From: Bacteroidales bacterium
GTDB lineage: Bacteria; Bacteroidota; Bacteroidia; Bacteroidales; WCHB1-69
DNA: 64,000 bases
Direction of reading: 5' to 3'
Assembly: GCA_024400815.1 (NCBI GenBank)
Contig: JAKSMD010000002.1
Coordinates: forward strand, 4,587-68,586
Numbering within the stretch: position 1 is the first letter of the stretch; each line of letters begins with the position of its first letter. Made by a program: the position numbers and the translations under genes. Below, in pieces: positions 40,311-48,394 of this stretch. The notes under the pieces are model-generated. The model saw nothing but the letters and a program-made list of their open reading frames with translations, was not told where the DNA came from and did not search any database.

Positions 40311-40318
40311 CAAATATA
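40311..40318 (-). promoter_or_regulatory. -7 box TATATTTG upstream of nrdJ
   Basis: TAnnTTTG on the minus strand, 83 nt upstream of ATG 40228. Confidence 0.45.
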
Positions 40319-40535
40319 ACCAACAGATTGATTTAGAACAGGTTAGTGGTTGTTTCAAATCTCAAATTTGAGGTTGCTAAAATAGAAAATTGACATCATT
40401 TCTGCTAAAAATTATAGAACATAATATCAACAAATTGCCGTTGATAATTTTTCTACCTGATAATTAGCGAATTAAAGTTTTTGTGCACAATCTTGGTGTT
40501 TGGGAGCATTTTTTACCATTTGAATTTGGCCAAAT

Positions 40536-40574
40536 GACCGCCAACCTGAACTGAAAACGGTTGGTTATCGGCCC
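40536..40574 (-). terminator. candidate hairpin after fabD
   Basis: CCAACC/GGTTGG stem with a CCG/CGG extension. The T tract is weak. Confidence 0.35.
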
Positions 40575-40599
40575 TTATTTCTACTCTCCCATCTCCGAC

Positions 40600-41457
40600 C
40601 TATTCGGGCAGAATCCGTTTGATAAGGCCTTGCAAAGTTGAGCCGGGACCGAACTCCGTGAATTCGGTTGCCCCATCGGCAGACATTTGAAGCACGGATT
40701 GCGTCCAGCGCACCGGACTGGTCAATTGACGGAGCAGATTTTCTTTAATCACCACCGGGTCGTCTGATGCTGCCGCTGTAGCATTTTGATAGACTGGACA
40801 GAACGGCTTTGCAAACGAGCATTGGCGAATTGCTTCCGCCAACTCGTCTTGTGCAGGCTGCATCAGCGGGGAGTGGAACGCGCCCCCCACCTTAAGCGGC
40901 AACATGCGACGTGCGCCTGCCTCGCTCAATTTCTCCATGGCCAGCTCTAACCCCTTCAAACTTCCAGAAATAACCAACTGCTGGGGGCAGTTGTAATTCG
41001 CCGGCACTACCACCTCATCCGTGATGGAAGCACAAACTTGCTCTATGGTGGCATCGTTGAATTTCAAAACGGCCGTCATTCCTGAGGGCTGCAACTCGCA
41101 GGCACGCTGCATGGCATGAGCACGCTTCGAAACCAAGGTGAGAGCATCCTCAAAAGCCAAGCATTCATTGACCGCCAAAGCCGTAATCTCTCCCAAGGAG
41201 TGTCCTGCGACCATGTCGGGGCGCACTTGCGCCAAGCAACGATAGGCAATATAGGAATGCAGGAAAACTGCCGGCTGCGTAACACGCGTTTCCTTTAACT
41301 GTTCTTCCGTTCCTTCAAACATGATTTCTGAGATTGGAAAGCCCAAAATCTCATCTGCCTGATGGAATATCTCTTTTGCTATAAGATAAGCTTCATACAA
41401 ATCTTTGCCCATTCCGGAAAACTGGGCGCCTTGTCCTGGAAATACAAATGCTCTCAT
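40600..41457 (-). CDS. fabD: malonyl CoA-ACP transacylase
   Basis: FPGQGAQ and GHSLGE active-site motifs. Confidence 0.95.
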   Translation of the reverse strand: MRAFVFPGQGAQFSGMGKDLYEAYLIAKEIFHQADEILGFPISEIMFEGTEEQLKETRVTQPAVFLHSYIAYRCLAQVRPDMVAGHSLGEITALAVNECLAFEDALTLVSKRAHAMQRACELQPSGMTAVLKFNDATIEQVCASITDEVVVPANYNCPQQLVISGSLKGLELAMEKLSEAGARRMLPLKVGGAFHSPLMQPAQDELAEAIRQCSFAKPFCPVYQNATAAASDDPVVIKENLLRQLTSPVRWTQSVLQMSADGATEFTEFGPGSTLQGLIKRILPE

Positions 41458-41472
41458 ATTGTGTTATCAAAT

Positions 41473-41508
41473 AATGGTACGGACGAAAAGATTTTCATCC
41501 GTACCATT
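41473..41508 (-). terminator. hairpin terminator after metK
   Basis: Perfect 11-bp arms AATGGTACGGA/TCCGTACCATT. The minus strand continues ATTATTTG. Confidence 0.6.
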
Positions 41509-41552
41509 TGTTTCCAGTGTCGTTCCATTTTCCATGAACAACACCCTATTTT

Positions 41553-42803
41553 TTAAAGATTAAATGCCTTTTTGATTTTATCTACATATTCCAATCGTTC
41601 CCACGGGAAGAAAGTCACCATTTTTTTACCATAAGCCGTATCCACTTCCTTTTCGTAAGTGTCGCGACCAAAATGGCCGTAAGTAGCAGTAGGTTGGTAA
41701 ATCGGATTCTTCAATTGGAAGCGTTCTATGATATCATACGGTCTCATCTTGAAAATCTTGCTGATTTTCTTGGCAATGTCCCCATCGCTCATCTTGACCT
41801 TAGCGGTGCCATAGGTGTTAACATAAAGTCCAACGGGTTCAGCCTTGCCAATCGCGTAAGCAACTTGTACGAGCACTTGGTCACAGAGGCCAGCGGCCAC
41901 CATATTCTTAGCAATATGGCGAGTAGCGTATGCAGCGGAACGGTCAACTTTGGAAGGATCCTTGCCGGAGAAGGCGCCACCGCCATGGGCACCATGACCG
42001 CCGTAGGTATCAACGATAATCTTACGGCCCGTAAGACCAGTGTCGCCATGTGGACCACCAATCACGAACTTGCCAGTCGGGTTGACGAACAGTTTATTTT
42101 CGTAATCAAAATCTGCGAAAAGTTTTTGCACATTTTTCGGACATTTCTTGATGACGCGCGGAATCAAGATTTCTTTGACATCTTTTCTGATTACGGCCAG
42201 CATTTTATCGTCCGTATCATCAAATTCATCGTGCTGAGTAGAAATCACAATCGTATCGATGGCTTCAGGAATATGGTTGTCGGAGTAGCGAACCGTCACT
42301 TGTGATTTGGAATCTGGACGGAGGTACTTCATTTTCTTGCCCTCTTTGCGAATTTGCGCCAACTCATAAACCAGCTCGTGCGCCAACTCAACGGTCAATG
42401 GCATATAGTTATCCATTTCATTACAGGCATATCCAAACATCATACCTTGGTCGCCCGCACCTTGTTCTTTGGCCTTCTTGCGTTCAACGCCTTGGTTGAT
42501 ATCGCCAGACTGGCCGTGGATGGTGTTGATGACGCCACAGGATTTGCTGTCGAATTGGTACTCGCTCTTGTTGTACCCGACATTGTCAATTACATTTCTT
42601 ACGATTTCGTCCACGGGAACATAGCAGTTGGTTTTCACCTCTCCCGCGCACACTACCAAACCGGTAGTCACTAAAGTTTCGCAAGCCACTTTAGATTCTG
42701 GATCTTTGGAAAGAAAAGCGTCCAGTAAAGCGTCTGATATTTGATCACTCAGTTTGTCTGGGTGTCCTTCAGATACTGATTCAGATGTGAATAGATAGCT
42801 CAT
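41553..42803 (-). CDS. metK: S-adenosylmethionine synthetase
   Basis: [19 protein letters not shown] and GGGAFSGKD motifs. Confidence 0.97.
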   Translation of the reverse strand: MSYLFTSESVSEGHPDKLSDQISDALLDAFLSKDPESKVACETLVTTGLVVCAGEVKTNCYVPVDEIVRNVIDNVGYNKSEYQFDSKSCGVINTIHGQSGDINQGVERKKAKEQGAGDQGMMFGYACNEMDNYMPLTVELAHELVYELAQIRKEGKKMKYLRPDSKSQVTVRYSDNHIPEAIDTIVISTQHDEFDDTDDKMLAVIRKDVKEILIPRVIKKCPKNVQKLFADFDYENKLFVNPTGKFVIGGPHGDTGLTGRKIIVDTYGGHGAHGGGAFSGKDPSKVDRSAAYATRHIAKNMVAAGLCDQVLVQVAYAIGKAEPVGLYVNTYGTAKVKMSDGDIAKKISKIFKMRPYDIIERFQLKNPIYQPTATYGHFGRDTYEKEVDTAYGKKMVTFFPWERLEYVDKIKKAFNL

Positions 42804-42846
42804 AACTAACGTTTTTTGTGTTAATAATTAAATTGTTACAGAAAAC

Positions 42847-42914
42847 CGTGGAAGAGCTGAAAAGGCGTTTTAGCATTTTTTCATGTGGTTGCAAGCAGTT
42901 CAAATCTGTCCACG
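42847..42914 (-). promoter_or_regulatory. structured metK 5' leader element (candidate riboswitch or attenuator)
   Basis: Minus-strand CGTGGA (42914-42909) pairs with TCCACG (42852-42847), enclosing about 56 nt that contain GCAACC and UGCUAAAA. Followed by GUUUUCUG. Confidence 0.3.
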
Positions 42915-42926
42915 TTTTTCAAGCGG

Positions 42927-42934
42927 CAAAAGTA
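42927..42934 (-). promoter_or_regulatory. -7 box TACTTTTG upstream of metK
   Basis: TTTTTTTGTG-TACTTTTG-CCGC. Leaves a leader of about 120 nt. Confidence 0.55.
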
Positions 42935-42996
42935 CACAAAAAAATTGATATTTGAAAGAGAATTTTTTTCGTTAACATTAGCCATTGATATTAACT

Positions 42997-43061
42997 GTTG
43001 GCCGTTGCATTTTCCGTTTTCAATTTAACGAGACTGCATCTTATAACGGCGCTAGCCCAAC
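42997..43061 (-). other. extended imperfect hairpin 14 nt downstream of the 25-codon ORF
   Basis: Four stacked helices: GTTGG/CCAAC, CCGTT/AACGG, GCA/TGC and CGTT/AACG. No U-tract follows. Confidence 0.35.
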
Positions 43062-43074
43062 AATGCTTTCATAC

Positions 43075-43152
43075 TCATATACAAACTGTCCATCCGCATA
43101 CAATGGAAAAGATGAAATGAGCAGCTAACAAGACGATTACCAGAGTATTCAT
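43075..43152 (-). CDS. candidate 25-aa hydrophobic small protein (MNTLVIVLLAAHFIFSIVCGWTVCI)
   Basis: ATG lies 22 nt downstream of a full-consensus -7 promoter module at 43174-43181. Single predicted TM. Too short for composition-based support. Confidence 0.3.
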   Translation of the reverse strand: MNTLVIVLLAAHFIFSIVCGWTVCI

Positions 43153-43173
43153 ATCATTATTATTATAACGAAG

Positions 43174-43181
43174 CAAAGATA
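43174..43181 (-). promoter_or_regulatory. orphan -7 box TATCTTTG, 22 nt upstream of a 25-codon ORF
   Basis: TTTTTTTA-TATCTTTG-C on the minus strand, about 250 nt upstream of the metK promoter. Confidence 0.45.
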
Positions 43182-43213
43182 TAAAAAAACGAACAACCGC
43201 TCGCTTTTTTTGC

Positions 43214-43221
43214 TATCTTTG
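43214..43221 (+). promoter_or_regulatory. -7 box TATCTTTG upstream of the TM1266-like gene and hydG
   Basis: TTTTTTTGC-TATCTTTG-CGGCC, 42 nt to the ATG. Confidence 0.55.
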
Positions 43222-43262
43222 CGGCCTCAAAAAAACAACCACCTAATCCAAAAGTTGCACTG

Positions 43263-43523
43263 ATGGAAAAGAGAATTGGAACAGTCACCGTGCTCATCAA
43301 AGATCGCGCGGTAGCACCGCAAGTTAACGCCACGATATCGCAGTTCGCCGACATCGTGCTCGCCCGACAAGGGCTGCCCTTCCACGACCGCTCCGTGGCG
43401 GTCATTTCGCTCATTGTGGAGGGCGACACCAACCAAATCAACGCACTTTCTGGAAAATTAGGGAGACTCGACAATGTCGAGGCTAAAGCCATTGTCACGA
43501 AGCTATTAGCCGTTAGCAATTAG
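43263..43523 (+). CDS. TM1266-like ACT-fold protein (putative iron-only hydrogenase system regulator)
   Basis: 86 aa. IGTVTVLIKDR...VISLIVEGDTNQINALSGKLGRL resembles the small protein commonly encoded next to hydG/hydE. Sits directly upstream of hydG. Confidence 0.65.
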   Translation: MEKRIGTVTVLIKDRAVAPQVNATISQFADIVLARQGLPFHDRSVAVISLIVEGDTNQINALSGKLGRLDNVEAKAIVTKLLAVSN

Positions 43524-43536
43524 CTTTTAGCCTTTT

Positions 43537-43563
43537 AAACTTTGAACTTTAAACTTTAAACAC
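43537..43563. repeat. short 7-nt tandem repeat (AAACTTT/GAACTTT, about 3.5 copies)
   Basis: Read directly, in the 48-nt spacer between the TM1266-like gene and hydG. Confidence 0.7.
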
Positions 43564-43571
43564 TAATAGAT

Positions 43572-45026
43572 ATGCAATTCAATCCAGAAAAATGTCGCAT
43601 TCCCGACGAAATTGGCAAACCGTTCATCGATGTAGATGAAATTTGGGATTACATCAATAATACGAAAAGCACTCCTGAGAGAGTTCGCGAAATCATCCAA
43701 AAGTCATTGGACAAAAACCGTCTGACGATGGAAGAGACGGCCGTCCTCATCAACACGACCGACCCCGCCTTGGTAGAGGAAATCAAAGAGGGCGCACGCG
43801 AACTGACACGCCGCATCTACGGCAACCGCATCGTGCTCTTCGCTCCGCTCTATGTCGGCAACTACTGTATCAACAACTGCAAATACTGCGGCTTCCGTTC
43901 TTCCAACAAGGAGCAAATCCGCACCACATTGACGGACGAAGAACTCGTTCACAATGTGGAAGCATTGGAAGAAGACGGCCAGAAACGTCTGATACTCGTC
44001 TATGGCGAGTCCCCGAAATACTCTCCGGAATACATCGCCCACACCGTGAAGTTGACCTACGCCACCAAGAAGGGCAACGGCTCTATCCGCCGTGTCAACA
44101 TCAATGCAGCCCCATTAGATGTGGAAGGTTTCCGCACCGTGAAAGAAGCCGGCATCGGCACCTACCAGATTTTCCAAGAGACCTATCATCCGGAAGCATA
44201 CTCCTGGTATCATCCGGCAAACACGATGAAGGGCAAATACGACTGGCGTCTTACCTCTATGGACCGCGCACAGCAGGCCGGCATCGACGACAACGGTCTT
44301 GGCATCCTGTTCGGCTTGTACGACTGGCGTTTCGAAGTGTTGGCCATGATTCGCCACACCAACCACTTGGAAGCCTGCTTCAATGTGGGCCCGCACACCA
44401 TCTCCTTCCCGCGCATCAAGGATGCTTCCGGTCTGAACATCGACAAGAAGTATTTCGTGGATGATGAGACTTTCGAAAAGATCATCGCCATTTTCCGTTT
44501 GGCTGTTCCTTACACGGGTATGATTCTCACGGCTCGCGAAACGGCTGAGTTCCGCGCAAAGGCCATCCAATACGGCATCTCCCAAATCGACGGCGGCACC
44601 AACCTGCAGTTGGGTGACTACAAATACCATCACGAAGAAGAGGAGAAAAACTCCGACAAGGTGGAAGACCAGAACCTGCACCGCGAACAGTTCCAGATTG
44701 GCGACGATCGCACGTTGGGCGACATCATCGAGGAACTTTTGGAAAACAACTACATTCCGAGCTTCTGTACTGCCTGCTATCGTCTAGGCCGTACCGGCGA
44801 GCACTTCATGGAATTCAGCGTGCCGGGCTTCATCAAGCGCTACTGCACTCCGAACGCCATCCTCACCCTCAGCGAATATCTCGTTGACTACGCCACTCCG
44901 GAAGTTGCTGCCAAGGGCTGGAAGGTCATCGAAAACAACCTCGTCAACGTGGATGAGAAGTTCCGCGACGAACTGCTGAAACGCATCGAGCGCATCAAGC
45001 AGGGCGAGCGCGACCTGTACTTCTAA
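43572..45026 (+). CDS. hydG: [FeFe]-hydrogenase H-cluster radical SAM maturase HydG
   Basis: IYGNRIVLFAPLYVGNYCINNCKYCGF radical-SAM motif and the C-terminal CxxCx22C motif (CTACYRLGRTGEHFMEFSVPGFIKRYC). Confidence 0.9.
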   Translation: MQFNPEKCRIPDEIGKPFIDVDEIWDYINNTKSTPERVREIIQKSLDKNRLTMEETAVLINTTDPALVEEIKEGARELTRRIYGNRIVLFAPLYVGNYCINNCKYCGFRSSNKEQIRTTLTDEELVHNVEALEEDGQKRLILVYGESPKYSPEYIAHTVKLTYATKKGNGSIRRVNINAAPLDVEGFRTVKEAGIGTYQIFQETYHPEAYSWYHPANTMKGKYDWRLTSMDRAQQAGIDDNGLGILFGLYDWRFEVLAMIRHTNHLEACFNVGPHTISFPRIKDASGLNIDKKYFVDDETFEKIIAIFRLAVPYTGMILTARETAEFRAKAIQYGISQIDGGTNLQLGDYKYHHEEEEKNSDKVEDQNLHREQFQIGDDRTLGDIIEELLENNYIPSFCTACYRLGRTGEHFMEFSVPGFIKRYCTPNAILTLSEYLVDYATPEVAAKGWKVIENNLVNVDEKFRDELLKRIERIKQGERDLYF

Positions 45027-45054
45027 CATTTTGGAAATTGTTGAATTATAATAG

Positions 45055-45083
45055 AAAAGGCTGCCGGAAGGTAGCCTTTTTTT
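45055..45083 (+). terminator. rho-independent terminator after hydG
   Basis: GGCTGCC-GGAA-GGTAGCC stem followed by TTTTTTT. Confidence 0.8.
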
Positions 45084-45113
45084 GTTACGTGAAAATCGTT
45101 GGGGCGAATGTAA

Positions 45114-45133
45114 GGGCGAATAATTATTCGCCC
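45114..45133. repeat. 20-bp perfect palindrome GGGCGAATAATTATTCGCCC
   Basis: Read directly from the sequence. An extra direct half-site GGGGCGAAT lies at 45101-45109, and CCCCGACA is duplicated at 45131-45148. Confidence 0.85.
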
Positions 45134-45161
45134 CGACACGCCCCGACATTGATATTTTGTT

Positions 45162-45169
45162 TATATTTG
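45162..45169 (+). promoter_or_regulatory. -7 box TATATTTG upstream of ackA
   Basis: TAnnTTTG followed by CCCCGC, 55 nt to ATG 45224. Confidence 0.55.
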
Positions 45170-45223
45170 CCCCGCTTTTCAAAAGCACTCAATTCTCTAA
45201 AATCATTTACTAATACACATAAT

Positions 45224-46423
45224 ATGAAAATTTTAGTTTTAAACTGTGGCAGTTCCTCTATCAAATACCAATTGTTGGAAATGGAACCGCAACCCGAATT
45301 ATTGGCTAAAGGTCTTGTTGAACGCGTTGGTTTGGAAATGGGCGAATTCACCCACAAACCGGTTGGCAAAGACAAATACTACACCCAAACCCCTATCGCC
45401 AACCACGAAGTCGGCGTTAAATTGGTGCTCGAAGCTTTGATGGATCCCCAACACGGCGTCATCAAATCCGTAGACGAAATCAATGCGGTAGGTCACCGTG
45501 TGGCTCACGGTGGTGAATACTTTGACAAGAGTATGATTCTTGGTCCGAAGGAAATCGAAGAAATCGAAAAGCTTTGCGAATTGGCTCCGCTGCACAATCC
45601 CGCTTCCCTGCTCGGTATCAATGTGATGATGAAACTCTTACCGAACATCAAACACGTCGGTATTTTCGACACCTCCTTCCATCAGACCATGCCGCCTGAG
45701 GCTTTCCTGTACGCACTTCCTTACGAAATGTACGAACAAAAGAAAATCCGTCGCTACGGTTTCCACGGCACGAGCCACAAATATGTCGGCCCGAAGGCTG
45801 CTGAAATTGCAGGCCTCGATTATAACAACTGTAAGATTGTCAGCTGCCACCTCGGCAACGGCGCTTCCATCACCGCTATTAAGAATGGCAAGTCCATCGA
45901 CAACTCTATGGGCTTCACTCCGGTAGAAGGTCTGATGATGGGTACACGTTGCGGCGATATCGATGCCGGCGCGCTCATCTACATTATGGATTCCGAAAAG
46001 ATGGACACCAAACAACTCAACACCTTCATCAACAAGAAATGCGGTTTGCTCGGTATTTCCGGCAAGAGCGTGGACATGCGCGACATCCGTGCCGGCCGTG
46101 ACGCTGGCGACGAACGCTCCACCTACGCTTTCAATATGTTCGCTTATCGCGTGAAGAAATACATCGGCGCTTACGCAGCTGCTATGGGTGGCGTTGACCT
46201 CATCCTCTTCACCGGCGGTATCGGCGAAAACGCTTGGTTCCAGAGAGAAGCCATCTGTGACGACCTCGACTGGCTCGGCACTAAATTGGACATCGAAGCC
46301 AACAAGAAATATGCTGGTGAAGACGGCATCATCTCTACCCCGGATTCCAAGGTGAAACTCGTTTCCGTCACCACCAACGAAGAACTCGTGATGGCAATGG
46401 ATACCTATAAATTGGTAAAATAA
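45224..46423 (+). CDS. ackA: acetate kinase
   Basis: MKILVLNCGSSSIKYQ start and HRVAHGG, GFHGTSH motifs. The track start at 45038 runs through a terminator and a promoter, so I trimmed it. Confidence 0.97.
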   Translation: MKILVLNCGSSSIKYQLLEMEPQPELLAKGLVERVGLEMGEFTHKPVGKDKYYTQTPIANHEVGVKLVLEALMDPQHGVIKSVDEINAVGHRVAHGGEYFDKSMILGPKEIEEIEKLCELAPLHNPASLLGINVMMKLLPNIKHVGIFDTSFHQTMPPEAFLYALPYEMYEQKKIRRYGFHGTSHKYVGPKAAEIAGLDYNNCKIVSCHLGNGASITAIKNGKSIDNSMGFTPVEGLMMGTRCGDIDAGALIYIMDSEKMDTKQLNTFINKKCGLLGISGKSVDMRDIRAGRDAGDERSTYAFNMFAYRVKKYIGAYAAAMGGVDLILFTGGIGENAWFQREAICDDLDWLGTKLDIEANKKYAGEDGIISTPDSKVKLVSVTTNEELVMAMDTYKLVK

Positions 46424-46467
46424 TTTATTGACATATTGACGGTGCACGCATCGTCTCTACAAAAATC

Positions 46468-46500
46468 AAAACGGGCGGCCAAATGGTCGCCCGTTTCGTA
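46468..46500. terminator. bidirectional terminator between ackA and the convergent membrane protein gene
   Basis: AAACGGGCG-loop-CGCCCGTTT with flanking A and T runs. Confidence 0.8.
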
Positions 46501-46520
46501 TTTTATAGTATAAATTTGAA

Positions 46521-47318
46521 TTATTGTTCAACTTCCACTTTTTTATTTTTTGGTTGTTTCTTACTTGCTTTTGCAGAAGCCAACACACTCAAAATGACCA
46601 CAAAGAAGAAAGCAGCACCGCGCATGCATTCAATCGTCATCATGATAACGGCAATAAGGCCAATGTAGAAAACAAGTCCGATGGCAATACCCCAAAGAAA
46701 ATTTTTAGCACGAATTCCATCGGCGATAATCTTTCCAATCACAAAAGCAAAAAGTATTGCTTGTGAGATAAAAAGAGCCCAGGATACAGCCACGGCACCA
46801 GCATAATAGCAAGCGCCACAAGCTGCAACACCCATCAAAGCCAGCAACATAGCCCATTTCCACTCTTTCCATTTCTTACCTTCGCTCAAACCAGCATGTA
46901 CGGACATTTCGGCCGTCACTTGCATGATAGCGCATTGCAAGGTATAGATAACATGTACTAACAAGACTACGCCTACAACTGCCCAACCCCAGCCGACAAT
47001 CTGATGTTGGCAGAACCATCCAATACAAGATTTGGAAAGCGCATCTGTTTCATTGATAGCAGGCAGACCCGATTGGAAACAATAATAGTAAATGGCAATC
47101 AAAGAAACCGCCAGCAGAATAGAAACCACGGGATAATATTGAGATTTACCTCTGTTACGGATTTTGAAATTAAAAAATCCCATCACTTCCACCACAATAA
47201 AAATAAATATAAGTTGTGCAATCGGGTGGATACCCAATGGATTGCTGTGATGAAGTTGCATCAAATCGGGCAAGTTGTAAATGGGAGCGTTCGCGCTTAA
47301 ATAGTCAATAATGCTCAT
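46521..47318 (-). CDS. hypothetical polytopic membrane protein (about 7 TM)
   Basis: ATG start 59 nt downstream of a -7 box. Alternating hydrophobic helices and a lysine-rich tail. No recognisable family. Confidence 0.7.
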   Translation of the reverse strand: MSIIDYLSANAPIYNLPDLMQLHHSNPLGIHPIAQLIFIFIVVEVMGFFNFKIRNRGKSQYYPVVSILLAVSLIAIYYYCFQSGLPAINETDALSKSCIGWFCQHQIVGWGWAVVGVVLLVHVIYTLQCAIMQVTAEMSVHAGLSEGKKWKEWKWAMLLALMGVAACGACYYAGAVAVSWALFISQAILFAFVIGKIIADGIRAKNFLWGIAIGLVFYIGLIAVIMMTIECMRGAAFFFVVILSVLASAKASKKQPKNKKVEVEQ

Positions 47319-47376
47319 TGTACAAGTATTTATTTAACAATATTTATTACAAATAAAATGTATTTTTTTGCGGGTG

Positions 47377-47384
47377 CAAATTTA
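47377..47384 (-). promoter_or_regulatory. -7 box TAAATTTG upstream of the membrane protein gene at 46521-47318
   Basis: TAnnTTTG followed by CACCCGC. Confidence 0.5.
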
Positions 47385-47663
47385 CATAAAATTACAACAC
47401 TTCAGTTTATGCATAAAAGTAATGGAAAAAAACGGCTGGAAAATAGGGGCATTTGCTAACCATTTTGTTGTGCAAAACACAAAGTAAAAAAATCAAGAAA
47501 TGTTGATTGACTAATGAACCCTAAAAAATGGTTCAAAGTCAAGTATTTTTAGTAAAACATCATATTTTGGCAAATTATTTGCATAGAGAAGGTCCGCGAG
47601 TGCGGTCCAAAATCGCGCCCGCCATTTAATTATGTAATATAAAACACTATAAATAAAAGAAAT

Positions 47664-48287
47664 ATGGAAGACGAAAAAACAGTTGATCAAATCGATGAAA
47701 CCATCAACGAAGCTGCTGCAACGGACGAAAACACTCCTGAAACTGACAATTTGCAAGAAGAAAATGACAGTCAAAAAAAAGGCGGCATATTTTCCAGAAA
47801 AAACAATAAAGATAAAAACAAGATACAGGAATTAGAAGCAGACATTGAAAAACTCAAAGCTGAAAAAGCCGAAATTAACGACCGCTTTCTGCGTCTTTAT
47901 TCCGAATTTGACAACTATAAAAAGAGAGTCAACAAGGAAAAGTTAGACCTCATTTCCACTGCATCCGAAAAAGTTATCGTCAGTTTGCTGCCCGTGATTG
48001 ACGACTTTGAACGCGCCATCAATGCAAACGAAAAAGCAGAAGACATCAACGCTATCAAAGAGGGTTTCAACCTGATTTACAACAAACTCATCCAAATGTT
48101 GAAACGCTTTGATGTTGAAGAAATCGCAGCTAAGGGCGAAGTCTTCGACACCAATTTCCATGAAGCTGTGACACAATTCCCAACAGACAAAGAAGAAGAC
48201 AAAGGCAAAGTTATTGATGTTACAGAAAAGGGTTATAAAATTAAAGAAAAGGTCATCCGATACGCGAAAGTCGTAGTGGCACAATAA
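47664..48287 (+). CDS. grpE: nucleotide exchange factor GrpE
   Basis: Acidic N-terminus, coiled coil (RLYSEFDNYKKR), and C-terminal beta domain (GYKIKEKVIRYAKV). Confidence 0.95.
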   Translation: MEDEKTVDQIDETINEAAATDENTPETDNLQEENDSQKKGGIFSRKNNKDKNKIQELEADIEKLKAEKAEINDRFLRLYSEFDNYKKRVNKEKLDLISTASEKVIVSLLPVIDDFERAINANEKAEDINAIKEGFNLIYNKLIQMLKRFDVEEIAAKGEVFDTNFHEAVTQFPTDKEEDKGKVIDVTEKGYKIKEKVIRYAKVVVAQ

Positions 48288-48394
48288 TACAGAGTTAAAA
48301 GAAAGAACAATCAATTCTAACTTCTAACCTACTAATAGCCAATAGCAAACAGCTATTGATTTAACACAAAGGTTTCAAAAGAGAAAACAACAAT

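Noticed and set aside
40229-40599. Cobalamin riboswitch upstream of the B12-dependent RNR.
   Set aside because: I found no B12-box-like sequence or multi-stem junction on the minus strand. Biologically, B12 riboswitches repress B12-independent isozymes and transporters rather than nrdJ. The 46-nt spacer before the TonB-dependent receptor (32401-32446) is likewise too short to hold one.
43163-43519. 118-aa minus-strand ORF opposite the TM1266-like gene.
   Set aside because: The plus-strand frame has a promoter, sits 48 nt before hydG, and has a recognisable ACT-like sequence. The minus-strand frame has none of these.
43501-43563. Repetitive TTAGC and AAACTTT units that could suggest a CRISPR or satellite array.
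   Set aside because: There are only about 3.5 copies of a 7-mer plus low-complexity codons at the end of a gene. There are no spacers, no repeat of 24 nt or longer, and no cas genes.
45038-45223. Long N-terminal extensions in the ORF track, for example on ackA. Others are at 19509-19649 (coaE), 32336-32446 (TonB receptor), 18657-18692 (ctp), 19580-19726 (folP), 57390-57464 (purB), 12153-12206 (U32) and 40229-40270 (nrdJ).
   Set aside because: The track accepts TTG and GTG starts. The extensions run through terminators or -7 promoter boxes, or overlap the preceding gene. Conserved N-termini begin at the first ATG downstream of the promoter.
47560-47663. CIRCE/HrcA operator upstream of grpE-dnaJ. 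GAGTGC occurs within GGTCCGCGAGTGCGGTCC.
   Set aside because: There is no TTAGCACTC-N9-GAGTGCTAA inverted repeat. The local hairpin has a central mismatch and only 7 pairs. I also found no convincing TAnnTTTG box here, so the grpE promoter remains unassigned.
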